DNA from: Chlamydiales bacterium
GTDB lineage: Bacteria > Chlamydiota > Chlamydiia > Chlamydiales > JARBTQ01
Assembly (NCBI GenBank): GCA_029240075.1
Contig: JARBTQ010000008.1
Location: forward strand, 2,284-66,283
DNA length: 64,000 nt
Reading direction: 5' to 3'
In this document: piece after piece, positions 50,039 to 59,082 of the stretch
Layout: each line of letters begins with the position of its first letter
Numbering within the stretch: position 1 is the first letter of the stretch
Position numbers and translations under genes: made by a program
The notes under the pieces: generated by a model
The model's database searches: none
Told to the model about the DNA's origin: nothing
Seen by the model: the letters and a program-made list of their open reading frames with translations, nothing else

Positions 50039-50944
50039 TCAAGATGATAATCTTATATAATATAAAGATGCGAATAGACTAAAGAATGCCGCACAAGCTA
50101 TGAAACTGTATTGAGATAAAGATATTGCTGGGTATTGAAAGTAAGAGCTGATCATTAAATTTGCTTTCTCTTTAAAAGGGGGGTAACTTAAGATCTGTTG
50201 CATTAAATCTTGAAGAGTAGAATCACCTAAAATTTGATGACAAATGATAATTTTTTTAGAAGTTATCTCTTGAGCTAGCCCCTCTTCCAAATCGACAATA
50301 ACCCCTGGATGGCAGTCTGTTGAAAGCATTGACTTCTGTAAATTTAGAGACAAAAATTGTGACCTATCGCTTCCGGAGGTAAAGATAACAAAAGGGATTT
50401 TAAGCCTTTGCTGTTCATCATAAATTTGTTTAACAAGCTTGTCCTGCCCCTTATTCATATGCATGGATTCATTTTTTAGGTTTTGCAATGCCAATTCCAA
50501 GCTAAAGTAATCGAGAGTTAAAGGGATAATAGAGACTAATTTTTCCTGTACAGTCCCATATAAAGCCACTTTTTCACCATTATGACAACTGTCAATAAAT
50601 TTTGATATTAGCTGTTTGCTGTATTGCCAATGCTGTTGATTACCCATAGCTTGATCTAAAACAAAGACAATCTCTCTTTCTACACTTTGTTTTTCTAATT
50701 GCTTAACTGAATCGGGGGTTACACTAAAAAAAATAGGCAATAAAGCTGCACACCCAAAAATCCAAATAACGGCTAGTATTACAAAGACCCAACAAGAATT
50801 TCTCTGAGAAATAACCAAGCTTTTTAATAATTGCGAAGAGCCTAGTTTTTTTAAGGTTTGTCGCCTATACCATGTCTGATACAAATATAATGTGGTTAAT
50901 ATCCCCAAACCAGCAAAAAGAATTATAAAAATGAATATACCCAT
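50039..50944 (-). CDS. BatB-like membrane protein with degenerate vWA domain
   Basis: 301 aa. Two N-terminal TMs and one C-terminal TM. The position expected for the MIDAS motif reads IVFVLDQAMGN (D-x-A-x-G instead of D-x-S-x-S). It lies directly downstream of a BatA-like gene. Confidence 0.45.
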   Translation of the reverse strand: MGIFIFIILFAGLGILTTLYLYQTWYRRQTLKKLGSSQLLKSLVISQRNSCWVFVILAVIWIFGCAALLPIFFSVTPDSVKQLEKQSVEREIVFVLDQAMGNQQHWQYSKQLISKFIDSCHNGEKVALYGTVQEKLVSIIPLTLDYFSLELALQNLKNESMHMNKGQDKLVKQIYDEQQRLKIPFVIFTSGSDRSQFLSLNLQKSMLSTDCHPGVIVDLEEGLAQEITSKKIIICHQILGDSTLQDLMQQILSYPPFKEKANLMISSYFQYPAISLSQYSFIACAAFFSLFASLYYIRLSS

Positions 50945-50956
50945 GATATCACCTTC

Positions 50957-52099
50957 TCAAAAAACTCTTCTAAGCCATAATACATCGAATATAATAGCAG
51001 ATAATACGAGGATAAGTGCGAATAAGATAAAATAAGGATAAGAATGAAATTCATTAGATTCGATTACACTGTTTTCAGCTGTTTTTTTGTTTAATTCTTG
51101 CCATATTTCACTATAAATCTGCGTGAGGTGATCAATACTTTCCGCGATATAAAAATTACCCCCTGTTTTAGAAGTTACTTGCTCTAATTCAGATCTAATC
51201 ATTGCAAATTCTGGCTGCTTTAATCTAGGATCAATATTGACAATATAGCATTGTATGTGGTGTTGGGATGCAAATTCAGCTGCATGCATTAAAGCTAAAG
51301 AGCGCCAAGGATGACCTTCATCCTCTGGATGAGGTTGAGGATAACCGTCCGTAACAAATATTACTCCTTTATTCTTAATTAAAGGAAGAGGCAATTTGCC
51401 ATCGTATTTTACATGATGTAAAGCCTCAGCTACAGCTAACCAACATGCAGTTTTAAAAAGCGCATACCCCATAGCAGTGCCATCAGCATCCTCATCAGAA
51501 ATAGTCTTTAACTCTGCTAGATTTTCTAAAATGACTTTATAATCTAGAGTTAGAGGACAAATTTGATGACTAGCACGAGCAAAGCTTACTAAGCCTAATA
51601 AATCGCGACCTTTAGTAGAGTTATGCTGTGATATATTCTCTGCTAAACTTCTAATAAACGCAGTTGTGACCATTTTGAGTATACCAATTCTATTTCCTTT
51701 CCCTTCTTGATAGGAGTAAATGGGATTGAAAGGGGGCTCCATGGAGCGCAACATAGAGGAAGATTGATCAAGTATAAAGTAGGCAGCCGTCCCGCTGTAT
51801 TCCTTTTTAAATGGCTTAAATTCAATTTTTGGATCAACTAAAGCTGCTAAAAATGTAACGGCAGCTAGCCCTAATGATATAGCTGGCAAATTCTTATACT
51901 TTGCTTTACCCCTCATTGCAAAGTTTGTGAGTAGGGTAATATCAGAATAAAGCCACCCCTTTGATCTTCCATGAAAATAATAGAAGAAAGCAGCAAAAAG
52001 CACCGAAATAATTAAGATAAATACTATTGTATAGATTGCGTAAACAGGTGCCAGCATTATTTCGCATGAGATTGAGTTTTTTTTAACGCATCCTATCAT
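50957..52099 (-). CDS. BatA-like vWA domain membrane protein
   Basis: 380 aa. N-terminal TMs and a C-terminal TM. Intact MIDAS AAYFILDQSSSM, later GTAMGYAL and VIFVTDGYPQ. A start at Met15 (52057) is possible. Confidence 0.65.
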   Translation of the reverse strand: MIGCVKKNSISCEIMLAPVYAIYTIVFILIISVLFAAFFYYFHGRSKGWLYSDITLLTNFAMRGKAKYKNLPAISLGLAAVTFLAALVDPKIEFKPFKKEYSGTAAYFILDQSSSMLRSMEPPFNPIYSYQEGKGNRIGILKMVTTAFIRSLAENISQHNSTKGRDLLGLVSFARASHQICPLTLDYKVILENLAELKTISDEDADGTAMGYALFKTACWLAVAEALHHVKYDGKLPLPLIKNKGVIFVTDGYPQPHPEDEGHPWRSLALMHAAEFASQHHIQCYIVNIDPRLKQPEFAMIRSELEQVTSKTGGNFYIAESIDHLTQIYSEIWQELNKKTAENSVIESNEFHSYPYFILFALILVLSAIIFDVLWLRRVF

Positions 52100-52388
52100 G
52101 AGTTCAAATTAAGTAAAATGTATCTTATAGTTTTAATTACGGTGACTGCATATGAGCAAAACTTAACAATACAGGTTTTGAATATACACAAGAAGTCTAC
52201 TGTATGTTAGCAAAAAAATGATTCTATTCTAGAGCAGAAAGTTTAACTTATAATCCTTATCAAGTCATCAGCATCCCCTGTCCCTTGGTTATAGGATAAG
52301 CTTTTTCTCTTGGAGAATATAGATCCATCCGCGTATAGTTAGCTTTAATTAAATTTATAGATTAAATTATTAAAATCCGACACTGTAT

Positions 52389-54503
52389 ATGTTTTCAAAA
52401 AGATTTTTATTATGCTCATTGGGTCTAATTTGGACCTTTAATAGCATCTCTTTATATGCTGCAAGCCTATCTAATCTCCCTTTTTCAAAAGAGGATATTG
52501 ATGCAAATATAAATTCCCCTACCTTTGTTAATGGAAAAATAACGACAACAGAAGGAGGACACCTACACATTCCTTCTATAGATTTACGAATACAAGCAAA
52601 ACATATAGAGTACGGTAAAGAATCATCTGAGAGTCATACACAAGATATAGTAGTGCGAGCAGAAAAGCAAATTGTCCTAGAATACCAGGGACGAATGTTT
52701 ATAGCAGAAAAACTAGAATATAATCTTACTCAACAAACAGGTGTCCTCTATAATGCTCGTACAATATCTTCTGACTGGTTAATTAAAGGGGAGAAAATCA
52801 CCCTGTACGCCGACAAAAGTTATGTTATAGAGCAAGCAAGTCTGACAACAACCCCTTCAGACCCAGCAGAATGGCGTATCGAAGCTAAAAACGTAAGAGT
52901 TGATGCTCAGCAGCAGGCTCATGTTAACGGGATCTCAGTCTATGCTTTCCAAGGACATCTATTTTCTAAACAATTTACTATATTGAACCTAGCAGAAGGA
53001 AACTATCTACCCTTACAAATAAAAGTATCAAGACGTGGGGTAAGATTCCGCTACCGCCTTTACTCAAAAAACGGTTGGAACAACATTGCTTATTTAGATT
53101 ATCGTTACAGAGCTGGATTAGGAGCTGGACTTAATGTTAGATATCAGAATAGAGCCAACAACACTAAATTTTATGGACAAAATTACGTAGCTCGTGGGAA
53201 AACGTCTGAAAAGAAAAAAACACACACCCGCTACCGCTTTGCTGGATCTTATAGAAAAGAAAGCCTTGATAGAAATTGGTTAATTGAAGGTTCTTATGAT
53301 CGCTTGAGTGATCCGGGTATTATCTCAAACTTTAAATTAGATACTTTTAATGAAGAAAAGCAAGGGCGAACCCAAATTTTTGCTCAACGTAAAGAAAATC
53401 CTTGGATGATCACTTTCCTTTCTAGAGTAAAGGTCAATTCTTTCGAAAATGTAAAGCAAGAACTGCCAACTATACATGCTGATTTAAGACCTATACAACT
53501 TGGCAATAGTGGAATTTTTACGCACAATCACTTGTCCGCATCATTTCTAGATTATAAATATAATCATAAACTGCGAAATCATTCATCCAAGCAGTTTCAA
53601 AATTATCATTCTGGACGTTTTAGTTTTGATAATCGTTTTTATGCTCCTTTAAGTGTTAGCACTATTAATATAACTCCTTTCGCAGGCTTCAATACAACCG
53701 CCTATACAGATAGCCCGCAAAAAAAACATCGTTCTATTACAACAGGTATTCTTGGTGTTAATGCATCTTTACCTCTGCATAAGCATTATGAGGTATTTAA
53801 GCATGTTACAGAGCCCTATATTGAATACGAATATCGTACAAAACCACAGCATAATTACACTAAAATACATATATTCGATATGCATGACATGCGTTACAAG
53901 CATAATATGCTTCGTTGGGGGGTTCGAAATCATTTTTACTCACATGATAGTAGTGAAGCAGACCCATTAATGTTTGTTGATTTGTATGCTCACTCCTCTA
54001 TGCGTAAACAGAAAAATCATAAACACACTCCTAATATCCATGGGCAAATTATATGGAATCCTACTAAAACAGTAAGTTATCACCTCAATACCGCATGGAA
54101 TACGAAACATCATAATTGGAATCATTGTAACTTAGGCTTAGATTATACCTATAATGAAAATTTAGCTTTAGGGGCAGAAATCCGACATCGTAAAAAATAT
54201 AGCTGGCGTAAACTAGATAGCAGCAATTACTCATTAGAATCCACTTATGATGAGTTTGCTCTGCGCAATTCAAGACACGCGGATCCACGCAATACTTTTT
54301 TAACTAAACTTTATTACCGCATCGCACCCGATTGCAAAGCTTTATTTGAAACTCAACATGGGTGGAGAAGACCTGGAGAATCCAAGTACTATCGTTATCA
54401 ATTAGGATTAGAAACACAGCTTGAGTCTAAGTTGAAATTGAAAATTATTTTCCAACATACAAAAAGGGAAAAATTTGCCTTCATGATTGGAATTACAACT
54501 TAA
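52389..54503 (+). CDS. lptD: LPS-assembly outer membrane protein LptD (OstA family)
   Basis: 704 aa. Signal peptide ...SISLYA. N-terminal OstA-like beta-jellyroll with AEKLEYNLTQQTGVLYNAR and the LTTTPSDPAEWRIEAKNVRVD motif (f.tC....W.i.a..i). The C-terminal region is Y/R/N/H-rich and beta-barrel-like. Confidence 0.6.
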   Translation: MFSKRFLLCSLGLIWTFNSISLYAASLSNLPFSKEDIDANINSPTFVNGKITTTEGGHLHIPSIDLRIQAKHIEYGKESSESHTQDIVVRAEKQIVLEYQGRMFIAEKLEYNLTQQTGVLYNARTISSDWLIKGEKITLYADKSYVIEQASLTTTPSDPAEWRIEAKNVRVDAQQQAHVNGISVYAFQGHLFSKQFTILNLAEGNYLPLQIKVSRRGVRFRYRLYSKNGWNNIAYLDYRYRAGLGAGLNVRYQNRANNTKFYGQNYVARGKTSEKKKTHTRYRFAGSYRKESLDRNWLIEGSYDRLSDPGIISNFKLDTFNEEKQGRTQIFAQRKENPWMITFLSRVKVNSFENVKQELPTIHADLRPIQLGNSGIFTHNHLSASFLDYKYNHKLRNHSSKQFQNYHSGRFSFDNRFYAPLSVSTINITPFAGFNTTAYTDSPQKKHRSITTGILGVNASLPLHKHYEVFKHVTEPYIEYEYRTKPQHNYTKIHIFDMHDMRYKHNMLRWGVRNHFYSHDSSEADPLMFVDLYAHSSMRKQKNHKHTPNIHGQIIWNPTKTVSYHLNTAWNTKHHNWNHCNLGLDYTYNENLALGAEIRHRKKYSWRKLDSSNYSLESTYDEFALRNSRHADPRNTFLTKLYYRIAPDCKALFETQHGWRRPGESKYYRYQLGLETQLESKLKLKIIFQHTKREKFAFMIGITT

Positions 54504-54528
54504 AGGTTAATAAGGAGTTCTAGACGTA

Positions 54529-55377
54529 ATGTTGAATAATGAAACAAATCATGAGCAGCGTATCTCTATAGAAGGAATAGAACTTGCTTTGGCTCATCCT
54601 GACCGCTTAAAAGTTCATTGGATTGGCCAAAATGATCTTTTTGAACAGCTTTTAGCGGCTTGGTTTGTATTGAATGAGCAAGATATTCCTTTAAATCCTC
54701 GCCTTATAGGAAAACCTGGTGTAGGTAAGACAACCTTAGCTTATGCAGCGGCTGAATCATTAGGAAAAGATGTCTATATTTACCAATGCACAATGGATAC
54801 AAGACCAGAAGACTTATTAATTACCCCCGTTATAGATCAACAAGGAAAGGTAAGATATGCAGCTTCATCGCTAGTTACAGCTATGATTAGAGGAGCTGTT
54901 TGCATTTTAGATGAAGGAAACCGCATGAGTGAAAAAGCTTGGGCTTCTCTGGCACCCTTACTTGATTCCCGTCGCTATATTGAGTCTATTGTAACAGGGT
55001 TAAAAATTGCCGCACATCTTGATTTTCGAATTTGCATCACTATGAATGATGATTCCTCTACTTTTGAGATCCCAGAATATATACACAGCCGCTTACAACC
55101 CCAAATCTACTTAGAATTCCCTAGAGCGGAGGAGGAAAAACGAATTTTAAAAGAAAATTTACCCTTTGCTTCAGATGAAATCTTAGACTATGTGGTAACT
55201 TTCTTACAAAAAGCGCATCAGAACAATGAAAATTATACAATTCGTGATGGGATTAATATTGCTCGCTATGCAGCTAAAAGGATATCAAAAATAGGGACAC
55301 AAACAGATAAAATAAGCTTAATTCGACAGGCCATTGTTATGACCTTAGGAGATGAAGCTTCTATTTATCTTTTATAA
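54529..55377 (+). CDS. MoxR/CbbQ/NorQ-type AAA+ ATPase (AAA_5-like)
   Basis: 282 aa. Walker A GKPGVGKTT, Walker B CILDEGNR, single AAA module. Size and layout resemble CbbQ/NirQ/GvpN. Confidence 0.8.
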   Translation: MLNNETNHEQRISIEGIELALAHPDRLKVHWIGQNDLFEQLLAAWFVLNEQDIPLNPRLIGKPGVGKTTLAYAAAESLGKDVYIYQCTMDTRPEDLLITPVIDQQGKVRYAASSLVTAMIRGAVCILDEGNRMSEKAWASLAPLLDSRRYIESIVTGLKIAAHLDFRICITMNDDSSTFEIPEYIHSRLQPQIYLEFPRAEEEKRILKENLPFASDEILDYVVTFLQKAHQNNENYTIRDGINIARYAAKRISKIGTQTDKISLIRQAIVMTLGDEASIYLL

Positions 55378-55393
55378 TAACGGAACTTAAAGT

Positions 55394-57232
55394 ATGGGCC
55401 AGGCTATTCCGTTCACTTTGCATCAAAACAACATCCATATACTACCAATTCTGCATCATACTATGGAATTTGCAGCAGAAGTAGAAATAGCCATAAGAAC
55501 CCTTAAACCTGATTGCATCGCAGTTGAGCTCCCCCAAGAGCTCTCAAAACTATGTATTGAGGCTGCTGCTCGCTTACCAGATATCAGTGTTATTGTACAA
55601 AATAAAAATTCCTTACACCCTATTTATTATCTATGCGAACCCTGTGACCCTGCATTTGCAGCGCTAAGATATGCAGTAGAAACTCCTTCAATTACCCCTT
55701 ATTGTATTGATTTATATTTTGAAGATTACCCTAATATAGTTGAACATTTTCCTGACCCCTTTGCAATCAACTCAATCGGGGCAAAAGCTTATTATGAAAA
55801 TTATGAAAAATATGCTAATCAAGCAAAGCACGACTTAGATATTTTACGTGAACTGCATATGGCTCGTTGTCTCAAGGAATTATCCCTAAGACATGACAAA
55901 GTATTACTAATTACCGGCATGTCTCATGCTCAATCGATTTTTGAAAAATTTAATTTACCTAAATTTCCTGTTTTTAATTCTGATAGCATACAAGAAAGTA
56001 TATTGTGTACATTGACAGACAAAAGTTGTCGTGAGGGCTTACCTGAATATGGATGGTTGTGTTTACAATACGAGTTCTGGAGAGAACAATTAAATAGTGG
56101 TTCTTCAGTTATTCCCTCCTTAAATAGGCAAGAGCTGATTTTAAATCTTTATAAAGAAGCTAGCAAAGAATACATCAAGCAAACTGGAAATAATTTCGAA
56201 CATTACCACTTGTCCAATACAATGAAGTTTGCTCGTAATTATGCATTAGTTACCCAGCGTCTTTTGCCGGACCTTTATCAGCAATTAACAGCTGCGCGTG
56301 GTTGTGTTGATCATAACTATGCCTATGCGACATGGTACTTAGCCACAGATTATCCCCTAAGAAAAAATATAGATCAACTCCCAGAGTTAGACCTTAGCGT
56401 AGAAGAGTTATGGGGGTATAGTAAAAAAATTAGTTTCCAGCTAAAACAACGCTCACGCAAAGATACTCCCTTCAAAATAAGGACCAAAGATAAAAAAGGA
56501 ACTATTAAATACCCTCCCTCTCCTTTCTTTGGAATGTGCTCCTACCCCCCAGAGGATATTGTCATCGAAAAATTTGCAGATTATCTTAAAAAAAAAGGTG
56601 TGCAAATTGTTGGAGATGAACAAGTGCGCATTGAGCCCTTTAGCACAAGCATTGAAGATGGAATAGATACTCGTGAGACTATTCGTCATTGGACAGAAAA
56701 AAAACTTTATGTGAGGGTTAAAGGAAAAGCTCCTAGTGGTACTGGTTCTATTGTTGTAATTTTTGACGAAGATATTTCAGGTGAAAAATTACAACAAAAA
56801 GAAAAGTATCCCTGGTGCATGACATGGATTGGTGAACACAATCAAGAATCTGATATGGCATTATATGCCACGCACCCCAGAAATAATGTTGTAGGTCCAG
56901 GTATTAGTCGATGTGAATATGGAGGATTTATGATGTCTTATCCTCCCCAAAGGATGCAAGATATCTGGCATGACCCTGATTACTCACAATGCCATACTAA
57001 AGCAGAAGTATTACTTATGGCAGCAATTGACTATGCTATACAACCCGTAGTTGCCTACATTGCTAAAAAGCCCCCTAGATCTCTATTTAGAAGCTTTGCT
57101 GCTCGCTATGGAAAGAAATTAGTTTTTATTCCTTTATCGCAACTTTCTCCCATTATATTGAATAAACTTCGAGTCTTTCATGTACTTGATGGTCACGCCA
57201 AACGAGATATAGCTGATGAGTATATTTATTGA
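55394..57232 (+). CDS. large conserved hypothetical partner of the AAA+ ATPase (DUF5682-like, tentative)
   Basis: 612 aa, starting 17 nt after the ATPase stop. N-terminal IHILPILHHTMEFAAEVEIAIRTLKPDCIAVELPQE resembles, from memory, the (G)IRHHSP......PD.VLIEGP start of DUF5682 proteins linked to MoxR ATPases. No vWA MIDAS was seen. Confidence 0.4.
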   Translation: MGQAIPFTLHQNNIHILPILHHTMEFAAEVEIAIRTLKPDCIAVELPQELSKLCIEAAARLPDISVIVQNKNSLHPIYYLCEPCDPAFAALRYAVETPSITPYCIDLYFEDYPNIVEHFPDPFAINSIGAKAYYENYEKYANQAKHDLDILRELHMARCLKELSLRHDKVLLITGMSHAQSIFEKFNLPKFPVFNSDSIQESILCTLTDKSCREGLPEYGWLCLQYEFWREQLNSGSSVIPSLNRQELILNLYKEASKEYIKQTGNNFEHYHLSNTMKFARNYALVTQRLLPDLYQQLTAARGCVDHNYAYATWYLATDYPLRKNIDQLPELDLSVEELWGYSKKISFQLKQRSRKDTPFKIRTKDKKGTIKYPPSPFFGMCSYPPEDIVIEKFADYLKKKGVQIVGDEQVRIEPFSTSIEDGIDTRETIRHWTEKKLYVRVKGKAPSGTGSIVVIFDEDISGEKLQQKEKYPWCMTWIGEHNQESDMALYATHPRNNVVGPGISRCEYGGFMMSYPPQRMQDIWHDPDYSQCHTKAEVLLMAAIDYAIQPVVAYIAKKPPRSLFRSFAARYGKKLVFIPLSQLSPIILNKLRVFHVLDGHAKRDIADEYIY

Positions 57233-57943
57233 TGAGTAACTAGTGCTCAAGAATTAATTAGATCACTTGCATAACTCCATTTTCAGTTATTGCCCCTCTT
57301 TTAAATCTCTACTTTTGGTGACTCGCCAGATCTCTGCAAAACTTGTTTCGATAAAAATCTATTCAAATAATTTTCTGCACAACTGATTTTACAAAAACAG
57401 ATTCTATTTGCTAATTCCTGAATTTAATAAAACCAAATAAGCATCTGACATTTAATGAGAAAAGTGTAGATCTATCTGTCCCATTCGATTTACATGATTT
57501 CTAAATAACCTTTATTTTGAAAAAAATTATTTATAAGCAATTGAAAAGCTAAGTTGTTGCCTTATAGAGAGATTCTATTGACTTTTAGAGGGCTTATTCC
57601 CACTTAAAAGGAAGCTTTTTTAAAGTTAGGGTTGAATTAAAAAAACAAAACAGTTCAAAATAGGGAACTTGATTAAACATAGATTTGTGGTAAATGCAAA
57701 TTACAACGAATCTGCGAATAATCAAACCCTCTTGTCCGCGGCAAGAGGTGTAGCATACCGTATTGTCACAGTGGTATAGGCACCGTGCAACCAGTACGCT
57801 TCTGTCTAACCTGTGCTTTAAAGAGAGTGGCATACTGCCCTCATATATTGTTAAAGCAAGTTTAAATTCTTGCTATAACAGAGTAGAAAAAGTAGTTTCC
57901 AATAGAATCAGAAATTAGTCAAAAACTAACTAAGGAGCTTATC

Positions 57944-58717
57944 ATGGCAACACATACTCTCAATAAAGAAACAGAAGATCGTAATAATCAAGGCCGTAAT
58001 CAAGAAAAACCTACAAATCGCTCTGAGGCAGGCCATAAAGCCGCAGCTCATCGTGATAAAAATGAAATGAATGCTTCTCTAGAAAAAGCCCGTGAAGCTA
58101 AACAAGGTCATAGCTCAAGCGATAGAGGGCAAGCAGCACATCATACAGCTAGTCATCGTAGCTCTGATGCACGTCATTCCAGTACAGAAGATAGAGAACA
58201 AGATGGCCGCCGTTCTCATACCTCCGCCAACAGGGAACATGCTACACAGCATACTACCAGTAATCGTGCTACAGACGCACGTCATGCTAATATAGAAAAA
58301 GCTCAAGAAGCTTCCATGGACCGTACCCATGAAGAAAAATCTGAAGCTTCAAAAAAAGCAGCCGCAAATCGTGACCAAAATGAAATGCAGTCTACATTAG
58401 AAAAAGCTCGTGAAGCTTCTATGGCTCGTAGCCATGAAGAGAAATCAGAAGCTTCTAAGAAGGCTGCATCTAATCGTGATCAAAATGAAATGCAGTCTAC
58501 ATTAGAAAAAGCTCGTGAAGCTTCTATGGCTCGTAGTCATGAGGAGAAATCAGAAGCTTCTAAGAAAGCTGCATCTAGCCGAGATCCTGAAGAGCGCCAT
58601 CAGACAGCTATAAAGGCAGCTCAAGCTTCAGCTTCTCGCACTCATGATGAAAAATCAGAAGCTGCAAAGAAAGGTTGGGATACTCGTAGAGAACACGCAG
58701 GTGAAGCTACAATATAA
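57944..58717 (+). CDS. His/Ser/Arg/Glu-rich repeat protein (35-aa repeats), hypothetical
   Basis: 257 aa, AAGGAG 7 nt upstream. Repeat unit HEEKSEASKKAA.NRDQNEMQSTLEKAREASMARS, with a His-rich linker (AAHHTASHRSSDARHSS...). Low complexity, likely disordered or helical. Confidence 0.65.
   Translation: MATHTLNKETEDRNNQGRNQEKPTNRSEAGHKAAAHRDKNEMNASLEKAREAKQGHSSSDRGQAAHHTASHRSSDARHSSTEDREQDGRRSHTSANREHATQHTTSNRATDARHANIEKAQEASMDRTHEEKSEASKKAAANRDQNEMQSTLEKAREASMARSHEEKSEASKKAASNRDQNEMQSTLEKAREASMARSHEEKSEASKKAASSRDPEERHQTAIKAAQASASRTHDEKSEAAKKGWDTRREHAGEATI
58328..58690 (+). repeat. 105-bp in-frame tandem repeat, about 3.4 copies
   Basis: Units start at the CAT codons 58328, 58433, 58538 and 58643. 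Units 1 and 2 differ at only a handful of bases. Unit 3 diverges in its second half. A degenerate unit lies near 58020-58100. Confidence 0.85.
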
Positions 58718-58741
58718 CTTTGCTCAAATAGTTTTCTCTTT

Positions 58742-58784
58742 AACGAGGTATAAAAGTTAAAACTTTTATACCTCGTTTATTTTA
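58742..58784 (+). terminator. strong Rho-independent terminator
   Basis: AACGAGGTATAAAAGT-TAAA-ACTTTTATACCTCGTT (16-bp perfect stem) followed by TATTTTA. Confidence 0.75.
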
Positions 58785-59082
58785 TAGACTTAGAAAATGC
58801 CCATAAACTCATCTTAATCAATTCTCCATTCAATTGTGACCTCAATCAACTCTATTGTTGCTTCTTGCTTCCGCCTTTTGCTGTGCTTCAAACAAGACAA
58901 CCATTTGCACCGTTCCTTTACAATATGGATTGACCCCTTTCAGAGAGTTAGATAAATTAATCATATTAAAACCTATTGTTCAATAAGAGATTATATAACC
59001 TTAGCAAAATTACAAAAACAATTTAAAAGCTCTTTAGAACAGGAACTATATCCTACACATAAATAGGAATGGGATAAAGTTT

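Noticed and set aside
57594-57833. 79-aa Cys-rich minus-strand ORF in the long spacer.
   Set aside because: It has no RBS and an implausible composition, and it spans the GC-rich structured island, which is better explained as RNA structure or a relic (see findings).
58092-58330. ORFs 58092-58295(+) and 58115-58330(-) inside the repeat-protein gene.
   Set aside because: They are alternative-frame or antisense reads of a low-complexity gene. The main frame has the RBS and the terminator.
58328-58690. Regularly spaced 105-bp repeats, considered as a possible CRISPR-like or non-coding array.
   Set aside because: The units are contiguous with no spacers, in frame, and inside a well-defined ORF. 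This is a coding tandem repeat, not a CRISPR array. No cas genes are present in the window.
58842-58964. 40-aa minus-strand ORF (MINLSNSLKGVNPYCKGTVQMVVLFEAQQKAEARSNNRVD) in the spacer.
   Set aside because: It is too short and has no RBS or recognisable family. It may be a decayed gene start, but this is not supportable.
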